A stretch of DNA of 64,000 nt, from positions 28,836 to 92,835 of the forward strand of contig WGCV01000010.1 of assembly GCA_015493615.1 (NCBI GenBank). Direction: 5' to 3'. The position numbers and the translations under genes are program-made. The notes beneath the pieces were generated by a model, which did not search any database, was not told where the DNA came from, and saw only the letters and a list, made by a program, of their open reading frames with translations. Every line of letters starts with the position of its first letter. Positions within the stretch are counted from its first letter, which is position 1. This DNA is from Melioribacteraceae bacterium (GTDB taxonomy: Bacteria; Bacteroidota; Ignavibacteria; Ignavibacteriales; Melioribacteraceae). Shown here piece after piece: positions 54,922 through 64,000 of the stretch.

Positions 54922-56871
54922 TTATTTCTCAATTTTGGTTTCGACTTCAACGGCAACTCTCCTAACGGTAACATTTTGAATTATATTTCCCCCGGGATTA
55001 ATCATCCAATCAGGACGGTAAATTTCGGAATATTTAGCTGTGAGATTAACTCCGCCGAGAATCTCGTATCTCAATAAAATATATTCTGAAATACCTTCCC
55101 CGTAAAAAATTCCCATATTGAAAACTCCGTTTAAGTCATTTTCATAGAGATAAATTCGGGAATCATAAGTAGGAGTTTCAAAAAAAATAATTCGTCCGTA
55201 GAGAGTAAAATTATCAAATAATGTGCTCCTTATTTCCTCTGAAAGAGAATACCCTGTTTCACTTTTTATAGCGCTTCTGAAAGCCGATATATCCAGCTGG
55301 GAAGTTAGTCTGAATTGTTTGCCGAGATTGTAATAGAGAGCAAATCTAAATCTTTCGGTTACAAGATTTGTTAACGTTTTAGTCTCGTAATTTTCAAGCG
55401 CAAGATAATGCTCTTTCAGCTCTCGGTGATAGCGTAAACGAAATCTCCCGTTTGAAAATATTGGCGAGTAATAATCAACCAAGTAATCATTCCGTTTCAC
55501 CGGAAAAGGTTCGGTCGTCGTACGGAAAAGAGTTTTATTGAAATCGTAGTAAAAATTTAATCTTCCTAACTTTGTATTTATCCGTATTCCGTTGTAAATA
55601 CCTTTTTCATTATTAGTGTTTTTTCTTTCGCCGAATCCGTTTGAAAAAAGAGCAAAGTAATTTTGTGGATAATATCTGAAACCTGAAATTACATTAACAT
55701 ATTTTGATATTAAAAATTGGGCGGAATAATTATGGGCAACTACGCCATTAGTGGCGCACACTTCTCCGGAAATACGCAGCCGCTTTAATCCGATTCTGAA
55801 AAATCCGGAAATAGAGATTTGCCGTTTGAAAAGATTCTCGGGAAACAGCCTGCTGTAAAAAGGAACTGAAAAGTTGTTTCTCAAATAGAGAAGTTTTACT
55901 GAAATATTTCTACTGTTGTTTCGGTAACCGGCAATTAATCCTTCCGTACTAATTTTCAGGTTCTTCTTTTTTGAGATTTCAGTGGGCGTGCGAAAAAGTC
56001 CTGACATATTCAAAGATGTAAAACCGGAAGAATCAAGGACGCCTGACGTTTTTTGAACTGAATAAAACGGGATTAGTGTGAAATCTTCCCAAGCAATTTC
56101 CGTTGCGCCGCCGTAAAGGAAACGGTTTTCGCCGCTTGAAGTGTATGCCGATATTCCATGCGGGTGTTTTACCACACTGTTTACCGCATCGGCAGATTTT
56201 GAAAATGCGTACGGACTCCAAACCGCAAGCCCATGCCCGAATTCAACGGTGTAACTTCCCAGTATTACTTTCTTAACTAAACTCTTTCCGAGATATGAAA
56301 TGTTGTAAGAATAAAAATCAGCATAATTTTTTTCTCCAGCGTCTTTATCGGCAAGCGCATTAACATAAATCATGTTAGCGTAATTTAGTTTTATTCTGTT
56401 ATTGATTTTCAGATTATTTCCCTCAAAGTCAGGTTCGTCCAACTCCGGATATTTCGAGATTCCGTAGCTTCTCGTCTTTAATGAACCATAATTCATTTTA
56501 TCGGATTTTATCGGCTTTCCCGTTGAGACAAACGGCATAATCATATCCGCCACCTCTTTCCTGATTCCGCATTTGTACAATTCGTTTATTGAGCGGAACT
56601 CCTTTTTCCGTCTTCTGTAGTCAATAATTTTCTCAATGGCATAGTAATCCAAAACCGGCAGCTGACTAAGCTCAGAATAACCTGCGCTGTTAAGATCAAT
56701 CGGATGCTCATGAATATTTTCAAAAAAATCATATAACGACGAATTTTCTTCTTCCTCACTCGTCATTCGTACAAAACGGTTTATTATTTCATCCAATTTT
56801 ATTCCGGATACTGCTTGAGCCGATATTAATGAAGATAGATTCAATAATATCAGAATTACAATCAGCTTCAT
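54922..56871 (-). CDS. Helix-hairpin-helix (ComEA-like) domain protein with a large beta-rich, probably outer-membrane C-terminal region
   Basis: Signal peptide. LNSAGYSELSQLPVLDYYAIEKIIDYRRRKKEFRSINELYK is a ComEA-type HhH. The remaining ~500 aa are rich in alternating aromatic strands. Confidence 0.45.
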   Translation of the reverse strand: MKLIVILILLNLSSLISAQAVSGIKLDEIINRFVRMTSEEEENSSLYDFFENIHEHPIDLNSAGYSELSQLPVLDYYAIEKIIDYRRRKKEFRSINELYKCGIRKEVADMIMPFVSTGKPIKSDKMNYGSLKTRSYGISKYPELDEPDFEGNNLKINNRIKLNYANMIYVNALADKDAGEKNYADFYSYNISYLGKSLVKKVILGSYTVEFGHGLAVWSPYAFSKSADAVNSVVKHPHGISAYTSSGENRFLYGGATEIAWEDFTLIPFYSVQKTSGVLDSSGFTSLNMSGLFRTPTEISKKKNLKISTEGLIAGYRNNSRNISVKLLYLRNNFSVPFYSRLFPENLFKRQISISGFFRIGLKRLRISGEVCATNGVVAHNYSAQFLISKYVNVISGFRYYPQNYFALFSNGFGERKNTNNEKGIYNGIRINTKLGRLNFYYDFNKTLFRTTTEPFPVKRNDYLVDYYSPIFSNGRFRLRYHRELKEHYLALENYETKTLTNLVTERFRFALYYNLGKQFRLTSQLDISAFRSAIKSETGYSLSEEIRSTLFDNFTLYGRIIFFETPTYDSRIYLYENDLNGVFNMGIFYGEGISEYILLRYEILGGVNLTAKYSEIYRPDWMINPGGNIIQNVTVRRVAVEVETKIEK

Positions 56872-57725
56872 TTCAAATCCATTCCGATATCAATCATTTT
56901 TCTTCTTCTGCTTATGTCTGTTAAAGCAATAATCAAGCTTACTTGATGCGACAGCGGCAAATCCTCGTGTGTGAAAACGGCGTAATCAAGCTCAAAATAT
57001 TTGTACTTCAAACCGATTCCTCCCGTGTATGCGTTCGGCTCGGTTCGGTAACCGAATCTTAAATCAATATTTCGGAATATTCCGTATTCCAGTCCGAAGC
57101 GAGCGGAGAGGGGATATTCCAGGTCTTTACAAATAGCGGCATTCAGCGTGATTTCATCAATCGGATTAACGCTTGTTCCAATTGAAATTATCGTGGGAAT
57201 TTGATTTTGATAGTTTCCGTATGTTGAACGGGTAAAGTTTTTTACAACAAAACCGAATCGTACCTGCTTGAAAAGGTAGAACATGCACCCGAAATTCAAT
57301 AAAAGAGAACCGGCGTTTCCGTATCGGGCAATTTTCAAATGTCTGTAGCTGATACCAAGTCCAAGCAAAACCCGGTGGAAAAATATTCTTGAGAATGAAA
57401 CGGAAACTGTTGTTTCGCGATATAAATCGAAACCGTAAGTTGAAAATCCGCCGGATACTACGCCAAATGAAAACGGAACTAAAGCTGCGGCGGACCCGGT
57501 TGCTAATTCTTTTACCCCGAAATAAGATGGTGCGTAATAAGCTGAGAGTTCGCTCCAATCAATTTGAGCGCTTCCCGCCGGATTTCCGAAAAGAGCCATA
57601 ACGTTATCCGACAGCGCCACATCGGAATTACCCAACGCTATCTCTTTTGCTCCGTAGTTTATTTGAGCATAGATAAATATTGAATTAAAAAACAGAACAA
57701 GAAAAAATAGTTCGATTTGCCTCAT
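56868..57725 (-). CDS. PorV/PorQ-family-like outer-membrane beta-barrel (third paralogue)
   Basis: Start moved to MRQIELFFLVLFFNSIFIYAQ. Motifs GAKEIALGNSDVAL and FGNPAG. 4-nt overlap with the downstream HhH gene. Confidence 0.45.
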   Translation of the reverse strand: MRQIELFFLVLFFNSIFIYAQINYGAKEIALGNSDVALSDNVMALFGNPAGSAQIDWSELSAYYAPSYFGVKELATGSAAALVPFSFGVVSGGFSTYGFDLYRETTVSVSFSRIFFHRVLLGLGISYRHLKIARYGNAGSLLLNFGCMFYLFKQVRFGFVVKNFTRSTYGNYQNQIPTIISIGTSVNPIDEITLNAAICKDLEYPLSARFGLEYGIFRNIDLRFGYRTEPNAYTGGIGLKYKYFELDYAVFTHEDLPLSHQVSLIIALTDISRRRKMIDIGMDLK

Positions 57726-57832
57726 TTTTACCCCAAAAGAATTTTTCAAAAATCACTTTGCCCCGAACAGCAATAATTGTATTTGACAAGTTATTAAAAT
57801 TTTCATTAAATTCAATGTAATTTTTTGGTCAA

Positions 57833-57988
57833 TTAATTTCAGAAGGCTTTGCATAAATGTCATTCTGAATGGAACGAAGTGGAATGAAGAATCTCAGAAC
57901 CGGTAATTATACAGAGTTTAGAGATATTTCGGACGGCTTCGACCGTCCTCAATATGACAATTTTAGGTTTTGTAAAAGTATCTATTAG
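57833..57988. repeat. MITE-like intergenic element, copy 2
   Basis: Shares ctttgcataa..tgtcattctga, gaagaatctca.aaccggtaattatac.ga.tttagagatatttcggacggctt and caatatgacaattttaggtttt.(t/c)aaa with 6027-6225. It lacks the ~45-nt GC-rich insert of copy 1 and has the hairpin ggacgg-cttcga-ccgtcc instead. Confidence 0.6.
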
Positions 57989-58022
57989 ACATGAGACATG
58001 AAACGTAAAACGCGAAAACAAA
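57988..58022. repeat. Degenerate tandem heptamer array (gacatga gacatga aacgtaa aacgcga aaacaaa)
   Basis: Read directly from the sequence. It abuts the right end of MITE-like copy 2. Confidence 0.6.
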
Positions 58023-58100
58023 AATTGGCTTAAAGAAAAAACAATATTGTTAGACAGATTTCGCAGCTGATTAATCATTAACAACAGAATAATTTAGAAA

Positions 58101-58997
58101 ATGAAAAAAATATTTTTGGTTCTCTTTTTCTTTCCCTTATTTATTTTCGGGCAGGAACTAAACGCAACTGTAACCGTGAACGTTGACCAGCTTCCAAGCC
58201 AATACAAAGAAAAATTGAATGGCTTTGCCCAGACAGTTCAGGAATATTTAAACGGTAATCATTACGCTGTGGAAGGTTGGGAAGGAGACAAAATTGATTG
58301 TTCGTTTAATATTTTTTTCCTTACCGGTTCCGGGGATGTTAATTATACAGCACAAGCGGTAATTACAAGCACAAGACCGATTTACAACTCGCAGAAAAGC
58401 TCGCTTATGCTCAACATAATGGATGATAAATGGTCATTTTCCTATGAGCAGGGGCAGTCGATGAATTTTGATTTAAACACTTTCGACGGATTGAAAAGCT
58501 TTCTTGATTTTTACGCTCTTGTTATAATCGGAGTGGACGCCGATTCCTACGACCCGTTCGGCGGAAGCCCTTATTTTTCAAAGGCGATTGAACTATCGGT
58601 GCTCGGAGCTTCCTCTACGAAATCAAAAGGGTGGTTTGTCCAGAGTTCCGCATACAACCGGAGAGTTTATGTTAATGACTTGATGGATTCAAAACTGCAG
58701 CAGTTCCGGAAAGATTTTTTCAATTATCATTACAACGGATTGGATTTACTTTTCAGCGGACCTAAATTCAAACCTATCGGTCAGAAAAATATGGCAAAGC
58801 TTATAATCGACCTTTACAACAACAAAATGATTAATCCGACCAGGAATGTTGTCCTCAATGTTTTTTTTAATGCCAAAGCGGGCGAAATTGCCGAAAATCT
58901 TGCCGACTATCCCGATAAATCAATTTTTAATAAATTAATCAAAATTAATCCTTCAAATTCCGCTAAATATTTAAAAGCTGTTGAAAAAGAAAATTGA
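58101..58997 (+). CDS. DUF4835-family protein (the family that, as I recall, includes T9SS PorD)
   Basis: Signal peptide, then QELNATVTVNVDQLPS...IDCSFNIFF...TSTRPIYNSQKSS...FYALVIIGVDADSYDPFGGSPYF. This follows the DUF4835 pattern (QELNC.V.VN..Q, SSRP.FNS, LGLDAD.F) as I remember it. Confidence 0.7.
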   Translation: MKKIFLVLFFFPLFIFGQELNATVTVNVDQLPSQYKEKLNGFAQTVQEYLNGNHYAVEGWEGDKIDCSFNIFFLTGSGDVNYTAQAVITSTRPIYNSQKSSLMLNIMDDKWSFSYEQGQSMNFDLNTFDGLKSFLDFYALVIIGVDADSYDPFGGSPYFSKAIELSVLGASSTKSKGWFVQSSAYNRRVYVNDLMDSKLQQFRKDFFNYHYNGLDLLFSGPKFKPIGQKNMAKLIIDLYNNKMINPTRNVVLNVFFNAKAGEIAENLADYPDKSIFNKLIKINPSNSAKYLKAVEKEN

Positions 58998-59094
58998 TTT
59001 TAATCAATAAAAACAATAGTTTTGCTCATTAATATTAAAAAGAGGAGGAGTATCGGCTATTTTTCTACAATTTAGGAACAACTTGCTTTAACTT

Positions 59095-62000
59095 TTGAAA
59101 AAGAAAATTTTATTTTTTATCGATTCTTATTTTTCCGGAATTAATATTATCCCCGTAATTTTAGCTGTTGCGGGATTTTTTATTTTTTTCGAAGCGACTA
59201 ATTTCGCGGAAAGCCCGAAAGATTCATCCGAAGGAGAAGCCGCTTCAGATTTCCCCTTTTTATATCTTCTTGATTCCAATAATGTCGCCTCCGATTCGTC
59301 TTCCGACAGTTTGAAAAAACTATTATCCGATTCCTTAGCCGCTGCAAATGACACAACTTTTAAAGACTCTACGGCAAGGGTAAAATATTTCCATTACAAA
59401 CCTAAGCCGCATCTTTTTACTCAGTTTAATCAACCGCATCAGACAAGCTTTTTTGCCCGTCCGAGCAATCGGCTACTCCAGAGAGTTGTTTCAATAGATT
59501 CGACCGGAAAATATGTAATTATTAAAGAATTATTGGGCGGCAAGGAATACCGACCGCCGTTGGTAATTCCGTTAGACGAGTATATCAAAATGGAATTGGC
59601 GGTCAATCGGAAAAAGATAATCGAAAACGAAGCGAGGAAATATACTCTAAAAGGAAAAGAAGATGAACTTGGCAACATTATGTCAAGTATTACAAACATC
59701 TCCATTCCGCTTCCGAACAGCGGATTTTTAAGTATTTTTGGCCCGCCGAAAATCAGTTTGAAGATAAACGGCGCGGTCGATATACACGGCGCTTGGCGAA
59801 ATGAAACCACCGAAGGTTTAACGGCTTCGCTTCTTGGCGGAACAAAAAACGAACCTGATTTTAAACAGCAGGTGCAGGTTAACGTTACGGGAACAATAGG
59901 GGATAAGCTGAATATCTCGGCGGATTGGAATACGGAACGTACATTCGAATATCAGAATACGCTGAAAATTAAATATACAGGTTATTCCGACGAGATAATT
60001 CAAAGCATTGAAGGGGGTAATGTAAGCATGAAAACCACTCCGCTTATTCAGGGAGGCGAAGCGCTTTTCGGCGTTAAAGCCAAGTTCCAGTTGGGTCCTC
60101 TTTCCCTTACTACGATTGCTTCGCAGAAAAAAGGAGAAATTGAGCAGGTTGACGTCAAGGGTGGGGCGCAGACTAAGGATTTTAAAGTTCACGTCTGGGA
60201 TTATTCGGAAAAACACTTTTTTGTCGATAAAGTTTATGCCGATACTTCAGCCGATTACAATTTCTTTAACAATTATTTCGGACAGCCCGTTTTCAATCCT
60301 TCGGCAAACCAAAGCTACTATCATATTAAAAAATTGGAAGTGTGGAAATCAGCATCGGGTCTGCCTGATATATCGAAAGAGAGAAAAGGAAACGCCTTTA
60401 TAGATTTGCCAGGAATTCATCAGGGCGAGACGTATAATTCAAGTTACCGCGATACGCTTACCACGGCGGTTAACGGGAGAAACAAAATTGGAATCTCTTT
60501 TACAATGTTAGATCCTAATACCGATTACACCTACAACGAATACGCCGGGTTCATCAGTTTCAAAACAAACATTCAGAAGAACGAAGTTGTCGCGGTCGCT
60601 TATCGTATAGAAGGACCGACAACTTCCAACGATGATGATATATTCTTCGGTGATTTTCAGAACCAAATTGCCAACGACACGGGAAAAGTGATTCTGCTTA
60701 AATTGATTAAGCCCGACAATCTTAAACCGGGTGGCGATTACGCAGAAGCGTGGAGTTTAATGTTGAAAAATATTTACTTTATCGGCGGAATGGATATCAA
60801 GAAAGAAGGTTTCGATCTCGATTTAACGTATTCAATCCCGGGACAGGAACCTGTAAACGAATTGAACGGTAAAAGACTTTTACAGCTGTTCGGACTCGAT
60901 GAAACAGACGCAGTCGGTTCAAGCACAAGACCGGACGGACATTTTGACTTTTTCCCGGATAAGACAATTTTCCCCGCGACAGGGGAAGTGATTTTTCCGG
61001 TTCTCGAGCCTTTCGGAAAGCAGTTTCCTTCCGATTTGCCCGACTCGTTACGCTATCAGGCTGTTTACGATACAAACAAAACTTTTGCGAAGCAGGATAT
61101 TGAAAAGGACAGATTTTTGATAAGCGGTAAATATTCCGCTTCCACGACTTCAACTTTCAGCATAGGTTTTAATGTCGTTGAAAATTCCGTTAAAGTATAT
61201 CTCGGCGGAAGACTTCTGCAGGAAGGAAAAGATTACCAGGTTGATTACAATATCGGGCAGGTAATTATCAGAAACGATGCCGCGCTTGTTCCGGGCGCGG
61301 ATTTGAAAATCACTTACGAGCAGAACGATCTTTTTTCCCTTGCTTCCAAAACGCTGGTCGGAGCGCGCGCTATTTATGAATTTAACAAGGACGTTCATCT
61401 TGGAATGACGTTTATGAACGTTACGCAGCAGTCTCTCAACGATAAAGTCCGTCTGGGGGAAGAGCCGATGAGTAACTCGATTTATGGTTTGGATTTCCAG
61501 TCGAAATTCGATTTGCCTGTTGTTACAAAACTTTTAAATAATGTGATTTCGACAAGCGCAAAATCATCTTTTACGTTAAACGGCGAGTATGCTTATATCA
61601 ATCCCGACCCTAATACTAAAAGAAGTACTATTCTTGGGGATAACGGCGAAAGTATTGCTTACTTGGATGATTTCGAAGGCGCAAGAAGAACAATACCGAT
61701 AGGAGTTTCATTTGCCGGTTGGAAGGATTTATCTCCTCCTGACAGTCTTGAATATCATATCGGGGAACGGGATAGAATGAATTTGATGAACTACAAGGCG
61801 CAAACATACTGGTTTAACCGGATACCTACGCGTGTAAAAGTTAATGAAATCTGGCCCGAAAAGCAGGTTGCGCAGCAAAATCAGAATGTTGTTGTTCTTG
61901 ATTTGGTTTATAATCCGGGAAAGAAAGGTTTTTATAATTATAATGAAAATTGGCAAAATAACAGCGACACTGCGTATAAAAACTGGGGCGGGTTTGAGCA

Positions 62001-64000
62001 TCTGATTTCTTCGACCGCCAATAACCTTGTCGATCAAAAGATCGAGTTTGTCGAGTTTTGGGCAAAGATTGAGGACGCTCCGTCGAACGCGAAACTTTAC
62101 ATTGATCTCGGTCAGATAGACGAAGATGTAATCCCGAATAACGCTTTTAATACAGAAGACAAACCTCCACAAAATGGGCGTTTGGACGAAGGCGAAGATA
62201 CCGGATTAGACGGCGTTACGGACCCCGGGGAACCCGGCTACAACTCCTCAACTAACCACGATCCCGCAAATGACGATTTTGCGCTTAACGCCGTTCAAGG
62301 TCAATATGAAAGAATCAACGGAACGGAAGGCAACGCAAAGCTGACAGATTTGGGAATTACGCCGGATACCGAAGATCTCAATCACAATTTTCATCTTGAT
62401 ATGGCGGATAATTATTTCAGATATGAAATTCCGCTTGATACCGCGCGTTCCCGAAATCCGTACATTGCCGGCGGCGGGCATAACGGCTGGTATCAGTTTA
62501 AAATACCGTTGAAAGACTTTAAGAAAACTTTCGGATCGCCTACATTTACGTTTGTTGAAACAATAAGGTTTTTCTTCCAGGGGGTTGATTCTCTTATCTA
62601 TTTAAGAATGACGGAAATTAATCTTGTCGGCAATCAATGGGAACAGGTAAAAAAAGCGAATCAGGAGGCGGACGACAAAGTAGTTACCGTTTCGACTATC
62701 AATATTGAGGACAACCCGGAATACTACTCGCCCCCCGGCGTAACAAGAGAACGTGACAGAACGCAGCCGAATCAGACTATTTATAAAAACGAGCAATCGC
62801 TCAATCTTATTATTCAGGATTTGCCGGACGGCGGATACCGCGACATAATCAAATATTTGCCGCAACGAATTGATATTTTCAACTATAAAGAGATGAAGCT
62901 TTTCTTCCATGGCGATATGAATAATCAGAATACAAGCGTTTCATATTACGGCGCTCCCGACGACTACAACACAAGAATATATTTCCGTTTCGGTGAAGAT
63001 ACTACAAACTTTTACGAATATTCTTTTCCGTTGAAATCCGACTGGCAGACGCTTGCCATAACGCTGAAAGATTTGCCCGCGCTAAAGGAAGCGAGAACTC
63101 TCGACACAGCCGTTTACAGGCAGCCCGTTCCGGGAAGACCTGAAGATTTTTACGGCGTAAAAGGAAATCCTTCCTTGACGAAAATTTCCTTCTTCCTGAT
63201 AAGGATAGAAAATCCGGATAATGTGGGACCGCCTCTGTCAACTTCCGGTTCAATTTGGGTTAACGAATTACGAATACTCGGGGCGGATAATACGCCCGGC
63301 TGGGCTTATACTGCGTCCTCTTCGTTAAAGCTGGCTGATTTGTTTACCGTAAGCGGAAACGTTACCAGGCAGGATCCCTATTTTCATAAAATTAACGAAC
63401 GATTCGGCTCGAGGAACGACAACAACAGGTGGGGAGTTTCGGTAAACCTGAACTTGCTGAAATTTCTTCCGTTCAATACTGAAGGAAGCAATCTTTCGCT
63501 GAATTATCAGCATTCCGAATCGGTAACTAATCCGCTTTATATGCCCTCGAGCGATATTGCGGTTGATAAAGCCGTAGGGCAAATAAAACGTAAAGTGATT
63601 GAAAACGGCGGAAGCTCCGCCGACGCCGACCAGGCTGCCAAAGATTTAATCGCTGAAGTGCAGAGTTTATCCACAAGCGAAGCGATAACCTTATCTAATA
63701 TTAAGATGAAAATTCCATCGCGAAGTTGGTGGATTAAAAATACCATAAACGCGCTGGTATTTAATTTTAACTTCAGCCGCGCATTTTCGCGTTCTCCATC
63801 GATTGCAAAAAACGAAATGTGGACGTGGAAAGGTTCAGGAAATTACAGTGTAAACTTCGGTCGGGATATGTATATAAAATATCACGACATCCCGCTGCTT
63901 GGCTCCGCGCTTGATTTTATCCACAGTTATAAAAACGCTAAGTTCAGATTTTTACCGAATTCCTTCTCCACAAGTTTTTCGGTAAACCGGAAATATAATT
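59095..64000 (+). CDS. sprA: T9SS translocon SprA/Sov (5' ~1635 codons; continues beyond the right edge)
   Basis: Absent from the ORF track because it has no stop in the window. Frame 1 is open from the stop at 59089-91 to 64000. It translates to ...INGAVDIHGAWRNETTEG...GNVSMKTTPLIQGGEALFGVKAKFQLGPLSLTTIASQKKGEIEQVDVKGGAQTKDFKVHVWDYSEKHFF..., which is SprA-like. The only in-frame start before the hydrophobic N-terminus (KKKILFFIDSYFSGINIIPVILAVAGFFIFF) is TTG at 59095. Confidence 0.75.
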   Translation, partial: MKKKILFFIDSYFSGINIIPVILAVAGFFIFFEATNFAESPKDSSEGEAASDFPFLYLLDSNNVASDSSSDSLKKLLSDSLAAANDTTFKDSTARVKYFHYKPKPHLFTQFNQPHQTSFFARPSNRLLQRVVSIDSTGKYVIIKELLGGKEYRPPLVIPLDEYIKMELAVNRKKIIENEARKYTLKGKEDELGNIMSSITNISIPLPNSGFLSIFGPPKISLKINGAVDIHGAWRNETTEGLTASLLGGTKNEPDFKQQVQVNVTGTIGDKLNISADWNTERTFEYQNTLKIKYTGYSDEIIQSIEGGNVSMKTTPLIQGGEALFGVKAKFQLGPLSLTTIASQKKGEIEQVDVKGGAQTKDFKVHVWDYSEKHFFVDKVYADTSADYNFFNNYFGQPVFNPSANQSYYHIKKLEVWKSASGLPDISKERKGNAFIDLPGIHQGETYNSSYRDTLTTAVNGRNKIGISFTMLDPNTDYTYNEYAGFISFKTNIQKNEVVAVAYRIEGPTTSNDDDIFFGDFQNQIANDTGKVILLKLIKPDNLKPGGDYAEAWSLMLKNIYFIGGMDIKKEGFDLDLTYSIPGQEPVNELNGKRLLQLFGLDETDAVGSSTRPDGHFDFFPDKTIFPATGEVIFPVLEPFGKQFPSDLPDSLRYQAVYDTNKTFAKQDIEKDRFLISGKYSASTTSTFSIGFNVVENSVKVYLGGRLLQEGKDYQVDYNIGQVIIRNDAALVPGADLKITYEQNDLFSLASKTLVGARAIYEFNKDVHLGMTFMNVTQQSLNDKVRLGEEPMSNSIYGLDFQSKFDLPVVTKLLNNVISTSAKSSFTLNGEYAYINPDPNTKRSTILGDNGESIAYLDDFEGARRTIPIGVSFAGWKDLSPPDSLEYHIGERDRMNLMNYKAQTYWFNRIPTRVKVNEIWPEKQVAQQNQNVVVLDLVYNPGKKGFYNYNENWQNNSDTAYKNWGGFEHLISSTANNLVDQKIEFVEFWAKIEDAPSNAKLYIDLGQIDEDVIPNNAFNTEDKPPQNGRLDEGEDTGLDGVTDPGEPGYNSSTNHDPANDDFALNAVQGQYERINGTEGNAKLTDLGITPDTEDLNHNFHLDMADNYFRYEIPLDTARSRNPYIAGGGHNGWYQFKIPLKDFKKTFGSPTFTFVETIRFFFQGVDSLIYLRMTEINLVGNQWEQVKKANQEADDKVVTVSTINIEDNPEYYSPPGVTRERDRTQPNQTIYKNEQSLNLIIQDLPDGGYRDIIKYLPQRIDIFNYKEMKLFFHGDMNNQNTSVSYYGAPDDYNTRIYFRFGEDTTNFYEYSFPLKSDWQTLAITLKDLPALKEARTLDTAVYRQPVPGRPEDFYGVKGNPSLTKISFFLIRIENPDNVGPPLSTSGSIWVNELRILGADNTPGWAYTASSSLKLADLFTVSGNVTRQDPYFHKINERFGSRNDNNRWGVSVNLNLLKFLPFNTEGSNLSLNYQHSESVTNPLYMPSSDIAVDKAVGQIKRKVIENGGSSADADQAAKDLIAEVQSLSTSEAITLSNIKMKIPSRSWWIKNTINALVFNFNFSRAFSRSPSIAKNEMWTWKGSGNYSVNFGRDMYIKYHDIPLLGSALDFIHSYKNAKFRFLPNSFSTSFSVNRKYN

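Noticed and set aside
54903-54932. 10-bp inverted repeat (attgagaaat / atttctcaat) spanning the stop codons of the convergent RhuM-like and HhH genes.
   Set aside because: It arises because both proteins end in I-E-K. It may serve as a small shared terminator stem, but it is short and AT-rich, so it is not enough for a feature call.
59127-63746. About a dozen 60-147-aa minus-strand ORFs listed across 59.1-63.7 kb.
   Set aside because: The plus-strand frame 1 is open over the whole interval and translates to an SprA-like protein. The minus-strand ORFs are short, basic and motif-free, so they are antisense artefacts.

Overview
64-kb chromosomal window, about 50 protein genes, no rRNA, tRNA or CRISPR found by eye. 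The host is probably a low-GC bacterium of the FCB group (Ignavibacteriota/Bacteroidota-like). Evidence for that: type IX secretion (T9SS) genes (sprA, a DUF4835/PorD-like gene, three PorV/PorQ-like outer-membrane (OM) barrels), three cargo proteins with Por_Secre_tail C-termini, sigma-54 regulation, and weak or absent Shine-Dalgarno sites.

Housekeeping content: amtB with an upstream porin, glpD plus a glycerophosphodiesterase gene, gdhA, cobO, a glycosyltransferase cluster (families GT9, GT4, FemAB-like, GT4, GT2), a MATE transporter and several two-component systems.

Main finding: a visibly AT-rich, tightly coupled four-gene minus-strand operon at 29347-34870.
- Gene 1 (907 aa) fuses an unknown N-terminal domain, a MORC/Hsp90-type GHKL ATPase and a complete histidine-kinase core.
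- Gene 2 (447 aa) is a receiver domain plus an unassignable ~280-aa C-terminal domain.
- Genes 3 and 4 are a C5 cytosine methyltransferase (dcm) and vsr.
- No recognisable restriction nuclease is present. I read this as a candidate, apparently undescribed, methylation-linked phosphorelay defence system.

The operon lies in a 10.3-kb block flanked by a 39-nt direct repeat (38/39 identical) that duplicates the 3' end of the GT9 gene. The displaced, decayed gene end is still visible.

Other observations:
- A ParE/Phd cassette inserted in the same way, flanked by a 21-nt duplication of the 3' end of the sigma-54 regulator gene.
- A consensus sigma-54 promoter linking the kinase/NtrC-type pair to a zinc-ribbon/T9SS-cargo operon.
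- A MITE-like element in two copies.
- Three ATGA-containing heptamer arrays.
- An array of six GNA-triloop mini-hairpins.
- Tandem ORF6N/RhuM genes sharing a ~97% identical 381-nt 3' module.
- A YefM antitoxin with a decayed YoeB remnant.
- A PEP-binding protein coupled to a catalytically dead HisH-like protein.

All calls come from reading the translations and the sequence by eye. Hand-counted coordinates of small elements may be off by 1-2 nt.
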